Positions 46,937 to 55,959 of a stretch of 64,000 nt of DNA are shown in pieces. The stretch's first letter is position 1. The number at the start of each line of letters is the position of its first letter. Below the pieces are notes generated by a model, which worked only from the letters and a program-made list of their open reading frames with translations, was not told where the DNA came from and did no database searches. The DNA lies in NCBI GenBank assembly GCA_031399525.1, contig JANNOZ010000010.1, positions 295,132-359,131 on the forward strand, read 5' to 3'. This DNA is from Actinomycetes bacterium (GTDB lineage Bacteria; Actinomycetota; Acidimicrobiia; Acidimicrobiales; CADCSY01). The translations under genes and the position numbers were made by a program.

Positions 46937-47392
46937 GTGGCGGCCCAGAAAGCACGGCTCCCTCCCCGATGGTTCATCCGGCTGGCCTGGTTCGCTCACC
47001 GCCGCCTCTACCGCTGGACCGGTGGACGCCTCGGCCTCTGGCGACCCAAGCCCGACGGATGGGGGGCCATGCACCTCGTCACCCGAGGCCGGCGGACAGG
47101 CCAGGACCGCGCCGTGATCATCGGCTACTTCGAGGACGGCCCCAACCTCGTCACCCTGGCCATGAACGGATGGGGTGACGCCGAACCAGCCTGGTGGCTC
47201 AATCTCCAAGACCATCCGGACGTGACCGTCGACCTGGTCGACGGATCTCGCCAGGTCACCGGCCGAGCTGCACAAGGCGACGAGCGCGATCGTCTGTGGG
47301 CCCGATGGTGCGAGATCGACAAGAACCTCGATGCCTATGCCTCCCGGCGCTCGATGGAGACCGCAGTGGTCGTCTTCGAACCGCGCCCCTAG
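46937..47392 (+). CDS. deazaflavin(F420)-dependent nitroreductase family (DUF385/Ddn-like)
   Basis: GTG 46937, 1 nt after the flavodoxin stop. Motifs LVTRGRRTGQDR and GDAEPAWWLNLQDHP. Confidence 0.8.
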   Translation: MAAQKARLPPRWFIRLAWFAHRRLYRWTGGRLGLWRPKPDGWGAMHLVTRGRRTGQDRAVIIGYFEDGPNLVTLAMNGWGDAEPAWWLNLQDHPDVTVDLVDGSRQVTGRAAQGDERDRLWARWCEIDKNLDAYASRRSMETAVVVFEPRP

Positions 47393-47407
47393 CCCTCCTC
47401 GTTCTTC

Positions 47408-47442
47408 GGCGGATCCACCACCGAGGAGGTGGCGGATCCGCC
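47408..47442 (+). terminator. stem-loop after the Ddn-like gene
   Basis: GGCGGATCCACCACC-GAGGA-GGTGGCGGATCCGCC. 15-bp stem with one mismatch, starting 16 nt after the stop codon. Confidence 0.55.
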
Positions 47443-47486
47443 AGAGAACGCCCTCCGGCCCGTTGTTGTCACACCCTCGTGCGACG

Positions 47487-48434
47487 ATGGGGTCCATGGC
47501 GGAGACCAGCTCGCTCGCGGCGGTGGCTACCCAGGTGGCGGCGCTGTTGGCCGGCGCGGACGTGTCGCTGTCCGATCCCGAGGGCTCCGACCTGGTCTTC
47601 GACGGTGACGCCGTCACCCGCCCGCTCGTTCGGGTCGATCCACCGGTCGAATGTTGGGCGGTCGACGGGGGCCAAGCCCTGCTGGCCGACGCCCGCTGCC
47701 TGCAGATCGCGGTCACCCGAGCAGCGACGGTCCGGTTCCAGCACGGAGCCTGCGCCATAGAAGACCCGGGCCAGATCGACGCCCACCTGCTCGGCCTCGA
47801 CCCCGGCATCGACCTCAACTTCCTCCGCGACCAGGCTGAGTGGGTCGCCGTGGCCCGAGCCGTCGACTCAGCCGAACCCGGTGGTCTGGTCCTGGTCGAC
47901 GGCGACTTGGTCCCCGACTGGCGAGCGCCGTCGGGCCTGGTCCCCGAGCTCATCGACCGGGCCGTCGATCGCCACGTCACGCTGGTCGCCATCACCAAGC
48001 ACTCATCGCTGGCCCGGGGCCGAGCGCCACTGGTCGGCATGCTCGAACGCGACGCCGAAGCCACGCTCGGGCCCCGAACCACCTGGTGGGCGCCGATCGC
48101 CCATCTGGAGGTTGGCGCCATCGCCGTGGTGATCGCCCGGCTCGACCCCGACGCCCGCTTCGCCTTCCGCATCGACCTGGCCGGACACCTGGCCACCGAC
48201 CCGGCCGCCGTGCTGGGCCAGCTCAGCGCGCTCAGCGACGACGCCGCCTTCCCCGGATATCCCTACCCGCTGTCGGTGGCCGACCGGCTGGCGGCCTGTC
48301 CGAGCTGGCTGCGCCATGAGCTACGAAGTCAGCTCGACGAGTTGCTCGACCTTGCCGGGGTCGACGAGGACGCCCGCGAGCGGGCCTTCGCCGACCGTCA
48401 CCGCTTCCTCGAACGCGGCGGGGCCTTCGCATGA
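47487..48434 (+). CDS. nurA: NurA-domain 5'-3' nuclease
   Basis: ATG 47487. Motifs WAVDGG, LVLVDGDL, ITKHSS and GYPYPLSVADRLA, matching the NurA catalytic Asp / K / YPY..A pattern. Confidence 0.8.
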   Translation: MGSMAETSSLAAVATQVAALLAGADVSLSDPEGSDLVFDGDAVTRPLVRVDPPVECWAVDGGQALLADARCLQIAVTRAATVRFQHGACAIEDPGQIDAHLLGLDPGIDLNFLRDQAEWVAVARAVDSAEPGGLVLVDGDLVPDWRAPSGLVPELIDRAVDRHVTLVAITKHSSLARGRAPLVGMLERDAEATLGPRTTWWAPIAHLEVGAIAVVIARLDPDARFAFRIDLAGHLATDPAAVLGQLSALSDDAAFPGYPYPLSVADRLAACPSWLRHELRSQLDELLDLAGVDEDARERAFADRHRFLERGGAFA

Positions 48435-48501
48435 ACGAGTTCATGCCCAGAGGCAACCGCATGAACGAGGTCATGCCAGGGGGAACAGCATGAGCGAGCT
48501 C
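48429..48501 (+). repeat. 2.5 tandem copies (period 30/29 nt) of GCATGA(A/G)CGAG(T/G/C)TC spanning the nurA stop, a 20-codon ORF and the herA start
   Basis: Copy 1 is 48429-48447 (GCATGAACGAGTTCATGCC). Copy 2 is 48459-48477 (GCATGAACGAGGTCATGCC). A partial copy 3 is 48488-48501 (GCATGAGCGAGCTC). The mini-ORF 48431..48493 encodes MNEFMPRGNRMNEVMPGGTA. Confidence 0.8.
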
Positions 48502-50085
48502 TCCCCTACCCGGGGCCGGCTGTTCGGGAAAAACGTGCTCGAGGCCACGTTCCGGGCTGCTCCCGACGAAGACCTGTTCCTGGGCGAGTTGTTGGTGGGC
48601 ATCGACGGCGCCACCGGCCGGCGCTACCTGTTCCGGGTGGTCGACGTCTCCTACGGCTCCGAGCACCGAGAGCCGGGCTGGGCCGAGCGAGTCGCCGGCA
48701 CCCTGCTGGCCGACGACACCCGAGACGAGGCCGGCGCCCATCGCCTCTACGAGTCCGATCAACGCACCTATCGAGTCGCCTCCTGTCGATGCCTGGGCTA
48801 CCTGACCCCACCCGACGACGGCGGCACCCAGACCTTCCGTAAGCCCAAGAGCCTGCCCACCCAGTTCTCCCGAGTGGTCTCGCCCGAGCCGGCCGACTTC
48901 GACTTCCTGCGCAGCCGCATGGGCGACCTGCCCATCGGCTGGTTGCGCAGCGGCGAGACGGTGGTCGACTTCGAGGTGGGCATCCCGGGCGAGGCGCTGG
49001 CCAGCCACGTGGGCATCTTCGCCACCACCGGGATGGGCAAGTCCAACCTGATGATGGTGCTGGCCGGCGGCGCCATGCGGGCCAACGGCCGCTACGGCCT
49101 CCTGTTGGTCGACCCCCACGGCGAGTACCGCACGGCCCTGCCCCGCCACCCTTGGGCCGCCGACCGGCTGCGCACCTATGCCGCCCGGCGTCTGCCCAAC
49201 ACGTCGGCCCTGCGCCTCTCGTTGGGTGAGCTGGCGGTCGACGACCTGCGTACCGCCTATGACTGGACCCGCCCCCAGGAGGAGGCGCTGTTCGAGCTCG
49301 AGCGCTTCTACAACGGCCCGTCCCGCCCTGGGCTGACCTGGCTCCTCGACTTCGCCCAACTCGACGACCTCCCCGGCTTCCGAGAGGTCGACCTGGGTGG
49401 TCGCATCGCCCTCAACACCTTGCAGGTGGTCCATCGACGGGCCCGACGGATCGTCGAGCTCCCCTGCGTCGCCACCGACGCCCACGTCTCGGTCGGGGGC
49501 GCCATCGTGGCCGACCTCGAAGCCGGACGAGTGGTGCTGGTCGACGTCAGTGGGCTGGGTTCGACCGAAGAGCTGCTGGTGGCCAGCTTCCTCACCCGCA
49601 CGGTGCTCGACCGGTGGTCCGGCGCCTACCTCGACGACCCCGACCTGCACGAACGTCTGCCGGTGGTCTCGATCGTGCTCGAAGAAGCCCAACGGGTGCT
49701 GTCCTCGGCCGCCGACCGGGACGCCAACGTCTTTCCCCGCCTGGCCCGCGAGGGGCGCAAGTTCAAGGTAGGGCTGACCGCCATCACCCAGCAGCCCAAG
49801 CTCCTCGACGACGAGTTGCTCAGTCAGTTCAACACCTTCTTCGTGCTCGGTTTGGCCGACGAGAAGGACCGCAACATCCTGCGCAGCTCGGCCAAGCAAG
49901 ACCTCTCAGCCCTCGGGCCGGAGATCCAGACCCTCATGCCCGGCGAATGCCTGGTGGCCTCGTTGGCTGCGCCCTTCGCCATTCCGGCCCGGGTGCACCT
50001 CTTCGATGCCCTGTGCCGGGCCACCCCGCCCGCCCCGCAACCCCGACCGACGATGGCTCCGGCCACCTCGTCGATCTTCGACTGA
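48490..50085 (+). CDS. herA: HerA-type (FtsK/HerA superfamily, DUF87) ATPase/helicase
   Basis: ATG 48490 (MSELSPTRGRLFG). Walker A ATTGMGKSN, Walker B VSIVLEEAQ, and RKFKVGLTAITQQP. Confidence 0.85.
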   Translation: MSELSPTRGRLFGKNVLEATFRAAPDEDLFLGELLVGIDGATGRRYLFRVVDVSYGSEHREPGWAERVAGTLLADDTRDEAGAHRLYESDQRTYRVASCRCLGYLTPPDDGGTQTFRKPKSLPTQFSRVVSPEPADFDFLRSRMGDLPIGWLRSGETVVDFEVGIPGEALASHVGIFATTGMGKSNLMMVLAGGAMRANGRYGLLLVDPHGEYRTALPRHPWAADRLRTYAARRLPNTSALRLSLGELAVDDLRTAYDWTRPQEEALFELERFYNGPSRPGLTWLLDFAQLDDLPGFREVDLGGRIALNTLQVVHRRARRIVELPCVATDAHVSVGGAIVADLEAGRVVLVDVSGLGSTEELLVASFLTRTVLDRWSGAYLDDPDLHERLPVVSIVLEEAQRVLSSAADRDANVFPRLAREGRKFKVGLTAITQQPKLLDDELLSQFNTFFVLGLADEKDRNILRSSAKQDLSALGPEIQTLMPGECLVASLAAPFAIPARVHLFDALCRATPPAPQPRPTMAPATSSIFD

Positions 50086-50099
50086 GTCCGGCGCCGGCT

Positions 50100-51233
50100 A
50101 TGCGTATCGCAGCCCTCGGCGACGCCCATCTGGGACGCAGCTACCTGCCGGTGGCCGTGCCCGACTTGCCCGGGGTCAACCAACGTGAGCACGACTTCGA
50201 ACGCAGCTTCGAGGCCGCCATCGCCTTGGCCCTGGCCCAAGAGCCCGACGTGCTCATCTGGCTGGGCGACATCTTCGACCGGCCCAATCCCACCTACCGC
50301 AGCTTCCGGGTGGCCCAACGGGCGCTGCTCGAGATTCGCGAGCACGGGGTGCCAGTCGTGGTCATCAGCGGCAACCACGACACGCCCCGCCTCCCTGGCA
50401 CGGGCAGTCCGTATTCGCCGCTGGCCGATGCGTTCGGGGTCGACCACGGGGGCAACGTCCACTTCGCCACCCGGGCCACCTACGAGCGCGTCGACCTGGG
50501 CGACCTGGTCGTGCATGCCGTCCCCCAGATGCTCACGGTCGACGCCACCCTCGAGGCCCTCGACCAGGCCGATCAGCACCGCAGCCTCGACGCCACCAAC
50601 CTCCTGCTCACCCACCCCCGCCTCCCCCAGGTCGAGCCCCGCTACGCCGACATCAACGAGATCGAGGTCGATGCCGGCCGCCTACGGGCCGATCTGGTCC
50701 TGCTGGGCCACTACCACACCCACCAACGGGTCCAACCCGGCATGTGGTACGCCGGCTCGACCGACACGTTCACCTTCGCGGATGAGCCCGAGGCCCCCAA
50801 AGGCATCGTGGTGCTCGACACCACCACCGGCGAGTGCCACCACGTGCCCCTGACCGGCCAGCGCCCACTGCTGACCCTGCCCACCGTCAACGCCCTGGGC
50901 CTCTCCCACACCGAGCTGCGCGCCGCGGTCCTCGACCGTATGGTCGACCTACCCGAGGGGGGTGTGGCTCGCCTCTACCTCGACGGCGTCGATCCCGAGG
51001 CCTACCGCCTCCTCGACCTCGACGAGGTCCGGGAGGCCAGCTCGGCGTTGCTGCACCTCAAGGTCGAGCCCCAGTTCGTCGGGGTGGCCGTAGGCGTTGA
51101 GCTACCCGACCTCAACTCGATCGTCGCCGGCTGGGAACGCTTCGTCGACGGCCAAGACCTCACCGGCTTCGAGCGACCCCGCATCGTCGAGGCCGGGCGG
51201 GGCTACCTCGACCGCGCCGTCCACGACGCCTGA
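50100..51233 (+). CDS. mre11: Mre11/SbcD-family DNA repair exonuclease
   Basis: ATG 50100. Phosphoesterase motifs GDAHLG, GDIFDR, GNHD and GHYH. Confidence 0.88.
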   Translation: MRIAALGDAHLGRSYLPVAVPDLPGVNQREHDFERSFEAAIALALAQEPDVLIWLGDIFDRPNPTYRSFRVAQRALLEIREHGVPVVVISGNHDTPRLPGTGSPYSPLADAFGVDHGGNVHFATRATYERVDLGDLVVHAVPQMLTVDATLEALDQADQHRSLDATNLLLTHPRLPQVEPRYADINEIEVDAGRLRADLVLLGHYHTHQRVQPGMWYAGSTDTFTFADEPEAPKGIVVLDTTTGECHHVPLTGQRPLLTLPTVNALGLSHTELRAAVLDRMVDLPEGGVARLYLDGVDPEAYRLLDLDEVREASSALLHLKVEPQFVGVAVGVELPDLNSIVAGWERFVDGQDLTGFERPRIVEAGRGYLDRAVHDA

Positions 51234-51248
51234 TCGCCGGTCCGGCCC

Positions 51249-53525
51249 GTGCAGCTCACCCGCATCTACCTGCGCAACTATCGGGTCTTCGAGGACGAGC
51301 TGACCCTCGAGCTTCCCGGCGGGCTGGTCGGTGTCTACGGGCCCAATGGGGCCGGCAAGTCCTACCTCATCGAGTCGATCCGCTGGACGCTCTTCGGACA
51401 GTCCCGCACGGCCAAAGAGCAGGTCCGCACGTCGGGGGTCAACGGCGACTGCGTCACCGAGATCGAGTTCGAGCACGAGGGCCATCTCTACGAGGTCCGC
51501 CGAACCCTGTCGGGCATCAATGCCACGGTGCGAGCCGAGGCCAGCGCCGACCGCCTCCAGGTGGCCGAAGGCGCCACCGACGTCAGCCGCTACGTCCATT
51601 CGGTGTTGGGCATGGACGACACCGCCTTTCGAGCATCGGTCTTTGCCGAACAGAGCCAGCTGGCCGCGTTCACCAGCCAGACGGCGGCCAAGCGCCGGGA
51701 GCTGGTGCTGCGCCTGCTCGGCATCACCCCGCTCGACGGCGCCCGCGCCCAGGCCAACAAGGACGCCACCCAAGCCGGCAGTGACCACAACCGTCTGCGC
51801 GACCTGCTGCCCGACCTGGCTGCGCTCGACGTCGAGATCGCCGAGCTCGCCGGAATCGTGGTCCACACCGAATCCGCTCGGACCTCCGCTGTCGCGGCGC
51901 GAGACGCGGCCGCGGCCACTCGATCCGACGCCGAAGCGGCCCTCGAGCTCCTCGATGCGCAGGCCCGCCGCCACGACACGCTGGTCGCCGACGGGCGGGC
52001 CGTGCGGGCCGAGCTCGACGCGGCCACCGAGACCGTGACTCGCCTGACCGCCGAACTGGCCACCCTCGACGACGCAACCATCCGGCTCGACTCGCTGCGA
52101 AGCGCGGCGGCCTCCCTGCCCGCCCTCGAAGCCGAGGTGGCACTGGCCCGGGCCGTGGCCGAGGCCGAGGCACGCCTCGAGGACACGCCAACGCCGGTCG
52201 AGCCGCCGGCCCTCGACGAACCACGGGTACTGGCCCGCCGAGCCGACGTCGAGCAGCTCCAAGCTGCGGTTGCCACCCTCGACGGCCAGCGTCAGGCCGC
52301 CAACGCTGAGCTGGCCCGAGCTCGGGCCGCGGTCGAGCGAGCCGCGGAGCTGTCCGACGACGCCGACTGCCCGGTGTGCGGCCAAGCCCTGGGCGAGTCC
52401 TTCGCCCAGGTCCAGCAGCATCGGGCCGCCGAGGTCACCGACGCCGAGGCACGCCTGGCCACCCTCGACGCCAACCGATCGACGGCCGGCGCCGACCTGG
52501 TCGCGGCCGAGACCGAACTGGCCGAGGCCGAGGGGGTTCTCGCCGCTGGACGAAAGGTGTGGGCCGAGTTCGAGGCCGCCCGAGCCCGGCGGCTCGACGC
52601 CGAGGCCACGCTGACCCGGGCCAATGCTGCCCTCGGCCGGCACCTGGCTCAGGGCGAACTCGACCAGCTACTCGCCGCGCTGGCCGAAGGTCGAGCGGCT
52701 ACAGCCGAGGCCAGCCGCTTGGAAGGTCGCCTCGAGCGAAGGGCCGGAGCCGAGGCCGAGTTGGCCCACGCCCGCCAGCTGATCGATCTGGCCAGCCAAC
52801 GCCGGGCGGCCCTGTTGGCCGAGGTCGAGGCTTTGGCGTTCGACCCAAAGGCCCACGCCGCGGCCGGTGCCGCCCGTGAGGCGGCTCGGGCGGCGGCCGA
52901 CGACGCCGCCAAGGCCGCCCACCGCTGCGAGTTGACCCACACCGAGGCTGTCACCCGACTCGAGGGTGCCCGGGCCCGCCAGGCGGTGGCCCACGAGCAG
53001 CACCAGGCCATTGCCGAGGTGGCCGAACGAGCTCGGCACCTGTCCCGCACCGCCGAGTTGCTCGGCGCGTTCCGGACGTCGGTGGTCGAGACCGTCGGCC
53101 CTCGCTTGGCCGCCCAAGCGGCCGAGTTGTTCGCCGAGCTGACCGACCACGAGTACGACCGGCTCGACGTCGACGCCGAGCACTTCGGCCTCCAGATCCA
53201 CGACGGTGGTGTGGCCTACGACCTCGGTCGCTTCTCGGGCTCCGAGAAGGACCTGGCCAATCTGGCCCTGCGAGTGGCCATATCCGAGCAGGTCCGGTTC
53301 CAGTCGGGCGGGGCCGTCGGGCTGCTCGTGCTCGACGAGGTCTTCGGCCCGCTCGACGACGAACGCCGAGCCCGGGCCCTGCTGGCCCTCGAGCGTCTCC
53401 GCAGCCGGTTTCGCCAGGTACTGGTCGTGACCCACGCCACCGATGTCAAAGAGCAGCTCCCAGCGGCCATCGAGGTGGTGAAACTTCCCGGCCGAAGGGC
53501 TACTGCCCACCTGGTCGGCACCTGA
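51249..53525 (+). CDS. rad50: Rad50/SbcC-family SMC-like ATPase
   Basis: 758 aa. Walker A GPNGAGKS. CPVC zinc hook at mid-protein (DNA 52368-52379). Signature SGSEKD, Walker B LLVLDE, H-loop VVTHA. Long Ala/Glu coiled coils. Confidence 0.9.
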   Translation: MQLTRIYLRNYRVFEDELTLELPGGLVGVYGPNGAGKSYLIESIRWTLFGQSRTAKEQVRTSGVNGDCVTEIEFEHEGHLYEVRRTLSGINATVRAEASADRLQVAEGATDVSRYVHSVLGMDDTAFRASVFAEQSQLAAFTSQTAAKRRELVLRLLGITPLDGARAQANKDATQAGSDHNRLRDLLPDLAALDVEIAELAGIVVHTESARTSAVAARDAAAATRSDAEAALELLDAQARRHDTLVADGRAVRAELDAATETVTRLTAELATLDDATIRLDSLRSAAASLPALEAEVALARAVAEAEARLEDTPTPVEPPALDEPRVLARRADVEQLQAAVATLDGQRQAANAELARARAAVERAAELSDDADCPVCGQALGESFAQVQQHRAAEVTDAEARLATLDANRSTAGADLVAAETELAEAEGVLAAGRKVWAEFEAARARRLDAEATLTRANAALGRHLAQGELDQLLAALAEGRAATAEASRLEGRLERRAGAEAELAHARQLIDLASQRRAALLAEVEALAFDPKAHAAAGAAREAARAAADDAAKAAHRCELTHTEAVTRLEGARARQAVAHEQHQAIAEVAERARHLSRTAELLGAFRTSVVETVGPRLAAQAAELFAELTDHEYDRLDVDAEHFGLQIHDGGVAYDLGRFSGSEKDLANLALRVAISEQVRFQSGGAVGLLVLDEVFGPLDDERRARALLALERLRSRFRQVLVVTHATDVKEQLPAAIEVVKLPGRRATAHLVGT

Positions 53526-53538
53526 CAAGCTGACGGCC

Positions 53539-54438
53539 ATGCACGAGTTCTGGCAAGGCGAGCGGGTCGTGGTCCTCGACGGCAGCATGAACCTGCGGGA
53601 TGTGGGCGGCTACCCGACCGCCGACGGCGGCGTGGTCCGAACCCTGTCGTTGTTCCGCTCGGCCACGTTGAGCGATCTCTCCGTCGACAGCTTGGGTGTG
53701 TTGGCCAACGACCTGGGCGTGCGCACGGTGGTCGACCTGCGCTCCGAGCAAGAGCTCTCCCATGGCCTGCCCGAGTTCGACGCCGTGGGCATCCGCCACG
53801 TCAACGTTCCCATCGGCGACGTCGGCCAGGGCCGCGAGGCACCCCCAGAGGGCGAGGCGCCACCAGAGCCCACCGAAGAGGAGAAGGCTCGGCGCCAGGC
53901 TTTCCTCGACGGCACCCACGACTGGGCCGAGACCTACGTCGAGTTCTTCGACAAGCACGGCACCGACCTGGCCGCCGCCGTGCGAGCCCTGGCCGAGCCC
54001 GGGGCGTTGCCGGCCATCGTCCATTGCACCGCCGGCCGCGACCGCACCGGGGTGACCATCGCGTTGGTGCTGGCTGCGGTCGGGGCGTCGCCCGCCGACA
54101 TCGCCGCGGACTACGCCCTCACCGGCGACCTGCTGCAATTGCACGGCGAGCGTTTCCTCAAGAACCTGACCGAGCGGGGACCTCGGATGGATCGCGGGCG
54201 GCCACCGTCCGACGACGGCACCCCGGCAGCACCGCCAACTCCCCCGCCCGGGATGGAACCCCCCGACCCCCAGAAGTTGCTGGCCGCCTTCACTGCCACC
54301 CCTCCGGCGTTCATGTCTCGCTTCCTCGACACCCTGGTCGAGCGCCATGGCAGCCTCGACGCCGCCCTCGACTCCGTCGGCATCACCGCCGACACCCGGG
54401 CTGCCCTACGCGTCGAGCTCGTCGTCCCCGCGCCCTGA
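53539..54438 (+). CDS. protein-tyrosine phosphatase family protein (Y_phosphatase3-like)
   Basis: 299 aa. NLRDVGG and the P-loop HCTAGRDRTG (CX5R). Starts 13 nt after the rad50 stop. Confidence 0.85.
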   Translation: MHEFWQGERVVVLDGSMNLRDVGGYPTADGGVVRTLSLFRSATLSDLSVDSLGVLANDLGVRTVVDLRSEQELSHGLPEFDAVGIRHVNVPIGDVGQGREAPPEGEAPPEPTEEEKARRQAFLDGTHDWAETYVEFFDKHGTDLAAAVRALAEPGALPAIVHCTAGRDRTGVTIALVLAAVGASPADIAADYALTGDLLQLHGERFLKNLTERGPRMDRGRPPSDDGTPAAPPTPPPGMEPPDPQKLLAAFTATPPAFMSRFLDTLVERHGSLDAALDSVGITADTRAALRVELVVPAP

Positions 54439-54456
54439 GCTGCGATACTGCCTGGC

Positions 54457-54826
<370 letters not shown>

Positions 54827-54834
54827 CCACCTCG

Positions 54835-54906
54835 TCTAGATGTGGGCAAATCAAGAATACATAGCTTCTAGATAGACCTTCCAACTAGAAGCTTTCCATT
54901 CTAGAA
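54835..54906. promoter_or_regulatory. CTAG-rich operator candidate upstream of the HTH gene
   Basis: TCTAGA at 54835-40. 9-bp inverted repeat AGCTTCTAG (54863-71) / CTAGAAGCT (54885-93). Palindrome TTCTAGAA at 54899-906, ending 8 nt before ATG 54914. Confidence 0.5.
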
Positions 54907-54913
54907 TGTTCCC

Positions 54914-55372
54914 ATGGCCCTCCGGAACACAGGCGCTCGCCGCCAGCTCGACGCTCGCCTCGAAACCCTTCGCCCCCTCGCTGGGGAACCGCGACCTCCC
55001 CGCGGCTGGATCAGAGCGATACGCGACGCACTGGGCATGTCGACAACCGAGCTTGCGAAGCGAATGCGTGTCGCTCAGACGAGGGTCTCCAGCATCGAGC
55101 GGGCGGAGGCTGACGGCACGATCAAGCTCGACACCTTGCGGAGGGCCGCTGACGCCCTCGACTGTGACCTCGTCTATTTCCTCGTACCTCGAACGAGCCT
55201 CGACAGCGCCGTCCAGACCCAGGCTCGCCGCAAGGCAGCAGCGTCTCTCCGGCACGTGGCCCACAACATGCGGCTCGAGGATCAAGCCGTCGACGTCAAG
55301 GACCAGATCGATGACCTAGCGGCCGAGCTCGTTGACCGACGCGGCCTCTGGACCGACGCGCCCACGACGTGA
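54914..55372 (+). CDS. 'mobile mystery protein A' (XRE-type HTH protein)
   Basis: 152 aa. RGWIRAIRDALGMSTTELAKRMRVAQTRVSSIERAE...LDTLRRAADALDCDLVYFLVP matches my recollection of the TIGR02612 family pattern. Confidence 0.75.
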   Translation: MALRNTGARRQLDARLETLRPLAGEPRPPRGWIRAIRDALGMSTTELAKRMRVAQTRVSSIERAEADGTIKLDTLRRAADALDCDLVYFLVPRTSLDSAVQTQARRKAAASLRHVAHNMRLEDQAVDVKDQIDDLAAELVDRRGLWTDAPTT

Positions 55373-55959
55373 GCGACCCGCTCGTTCCCATCGGTGATGG
55401 TCACACACCACTCGATGACGACGACCAAGAAGGCCTCCTGCTCACCTACATCACCACCCGCGGTGAACTGAACGACGCTGAGCAGCGGAACATCACATCG
55501 GCCGTCACCCGGCGCCGGCAGCCGACGCCGGCTCAACTGCTCGACGACCGGTACCTCCGGAACCTCCACAAGGCGATGTTCAGCGAGGTGTGGTCATGGG
55601 CGGGGACCTATCGGCAGCGCGAGACCACCATCGGGGTCGACCCGCAGATGATCAGCGTGCGCGTACGGGATCTCACCAACGACGTGCTCGCTTGGATCGA
55701 GCACGAGACCTACCCGCCGGACGAGATCGCTGTCCGCTTTCACCACCAGCTCGTCTTCATCCATCCGTACCCGAATGGCAACGGGCGACACACTCGCCTT
55801 GCCGCGGACTACCTGATCCAGGCCCTTGGTGGCTCGCGGTTCACGTGGGGAGCCAACCTCGGCGTCACCACCGACGAGTTGCGAGCGGCGTACCTCTCGG
55901 CCCTCAAGGCCGCCGATCGCGGGTCGTTCCGCCAGCTACTTGCGTTCAGCCGTTCGTGA
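55369..55959 (+). CDS. 'mobile mystery protein B' (Fic/DOC-family protein)
   Basis: 196 aa. Fic motif HPYPNGNGRHTR (HxFx[D/E/N]GNGR). 4-nt overlap with the upstream HTH gene. Confidence 0.8.
   Translation: MSDPLVPIGDGHTPLDDDDQEGLLLTYITTRGELNDAEQRNITSAVTRRRQPTPAQLLDDRYLRNLHKAMFSEVWSWAGTYRQRETTIGVDPQMISVRVRDLTNDVLAWIEHETYPPDEIAVRFHHQLVFIHPYPNGNGRHTRLAADYLIQALGGSRFTWGANLGVTTDELRAAYLSALKAADRGSFRQLLAFSRS

Noticed and set aside
48429-48501. Possible mini-CRISPR or other repeat array in the nurA-herA spacer
   Set aside because: There are only 2.5 copies and no spacer-like unique segments of CRISPR size. The copies embed stop and start codons of the flanking genes, so this is treated as a tandem duplication or coupling element instead.
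48232-52643. Long minus-strand ORFs (48232..49899, 555 aa; 51102..52643, 513 aa) opposite herA and rad50
   Set aside because: Antisense GC artefacts with G/V/A/D-rich, motif-less translations. The plus-strand frames carry Walker A/B, zinc-hook and signature motifs.
51900-53000. Apparent repetitiveness (GCC/GAG-rich) inside rad50
   Set aside because: It reflects the Ala/Glu/Arg/Leu composition of the coiled-coil arms. No exact DNA tandem repeat unit was found.
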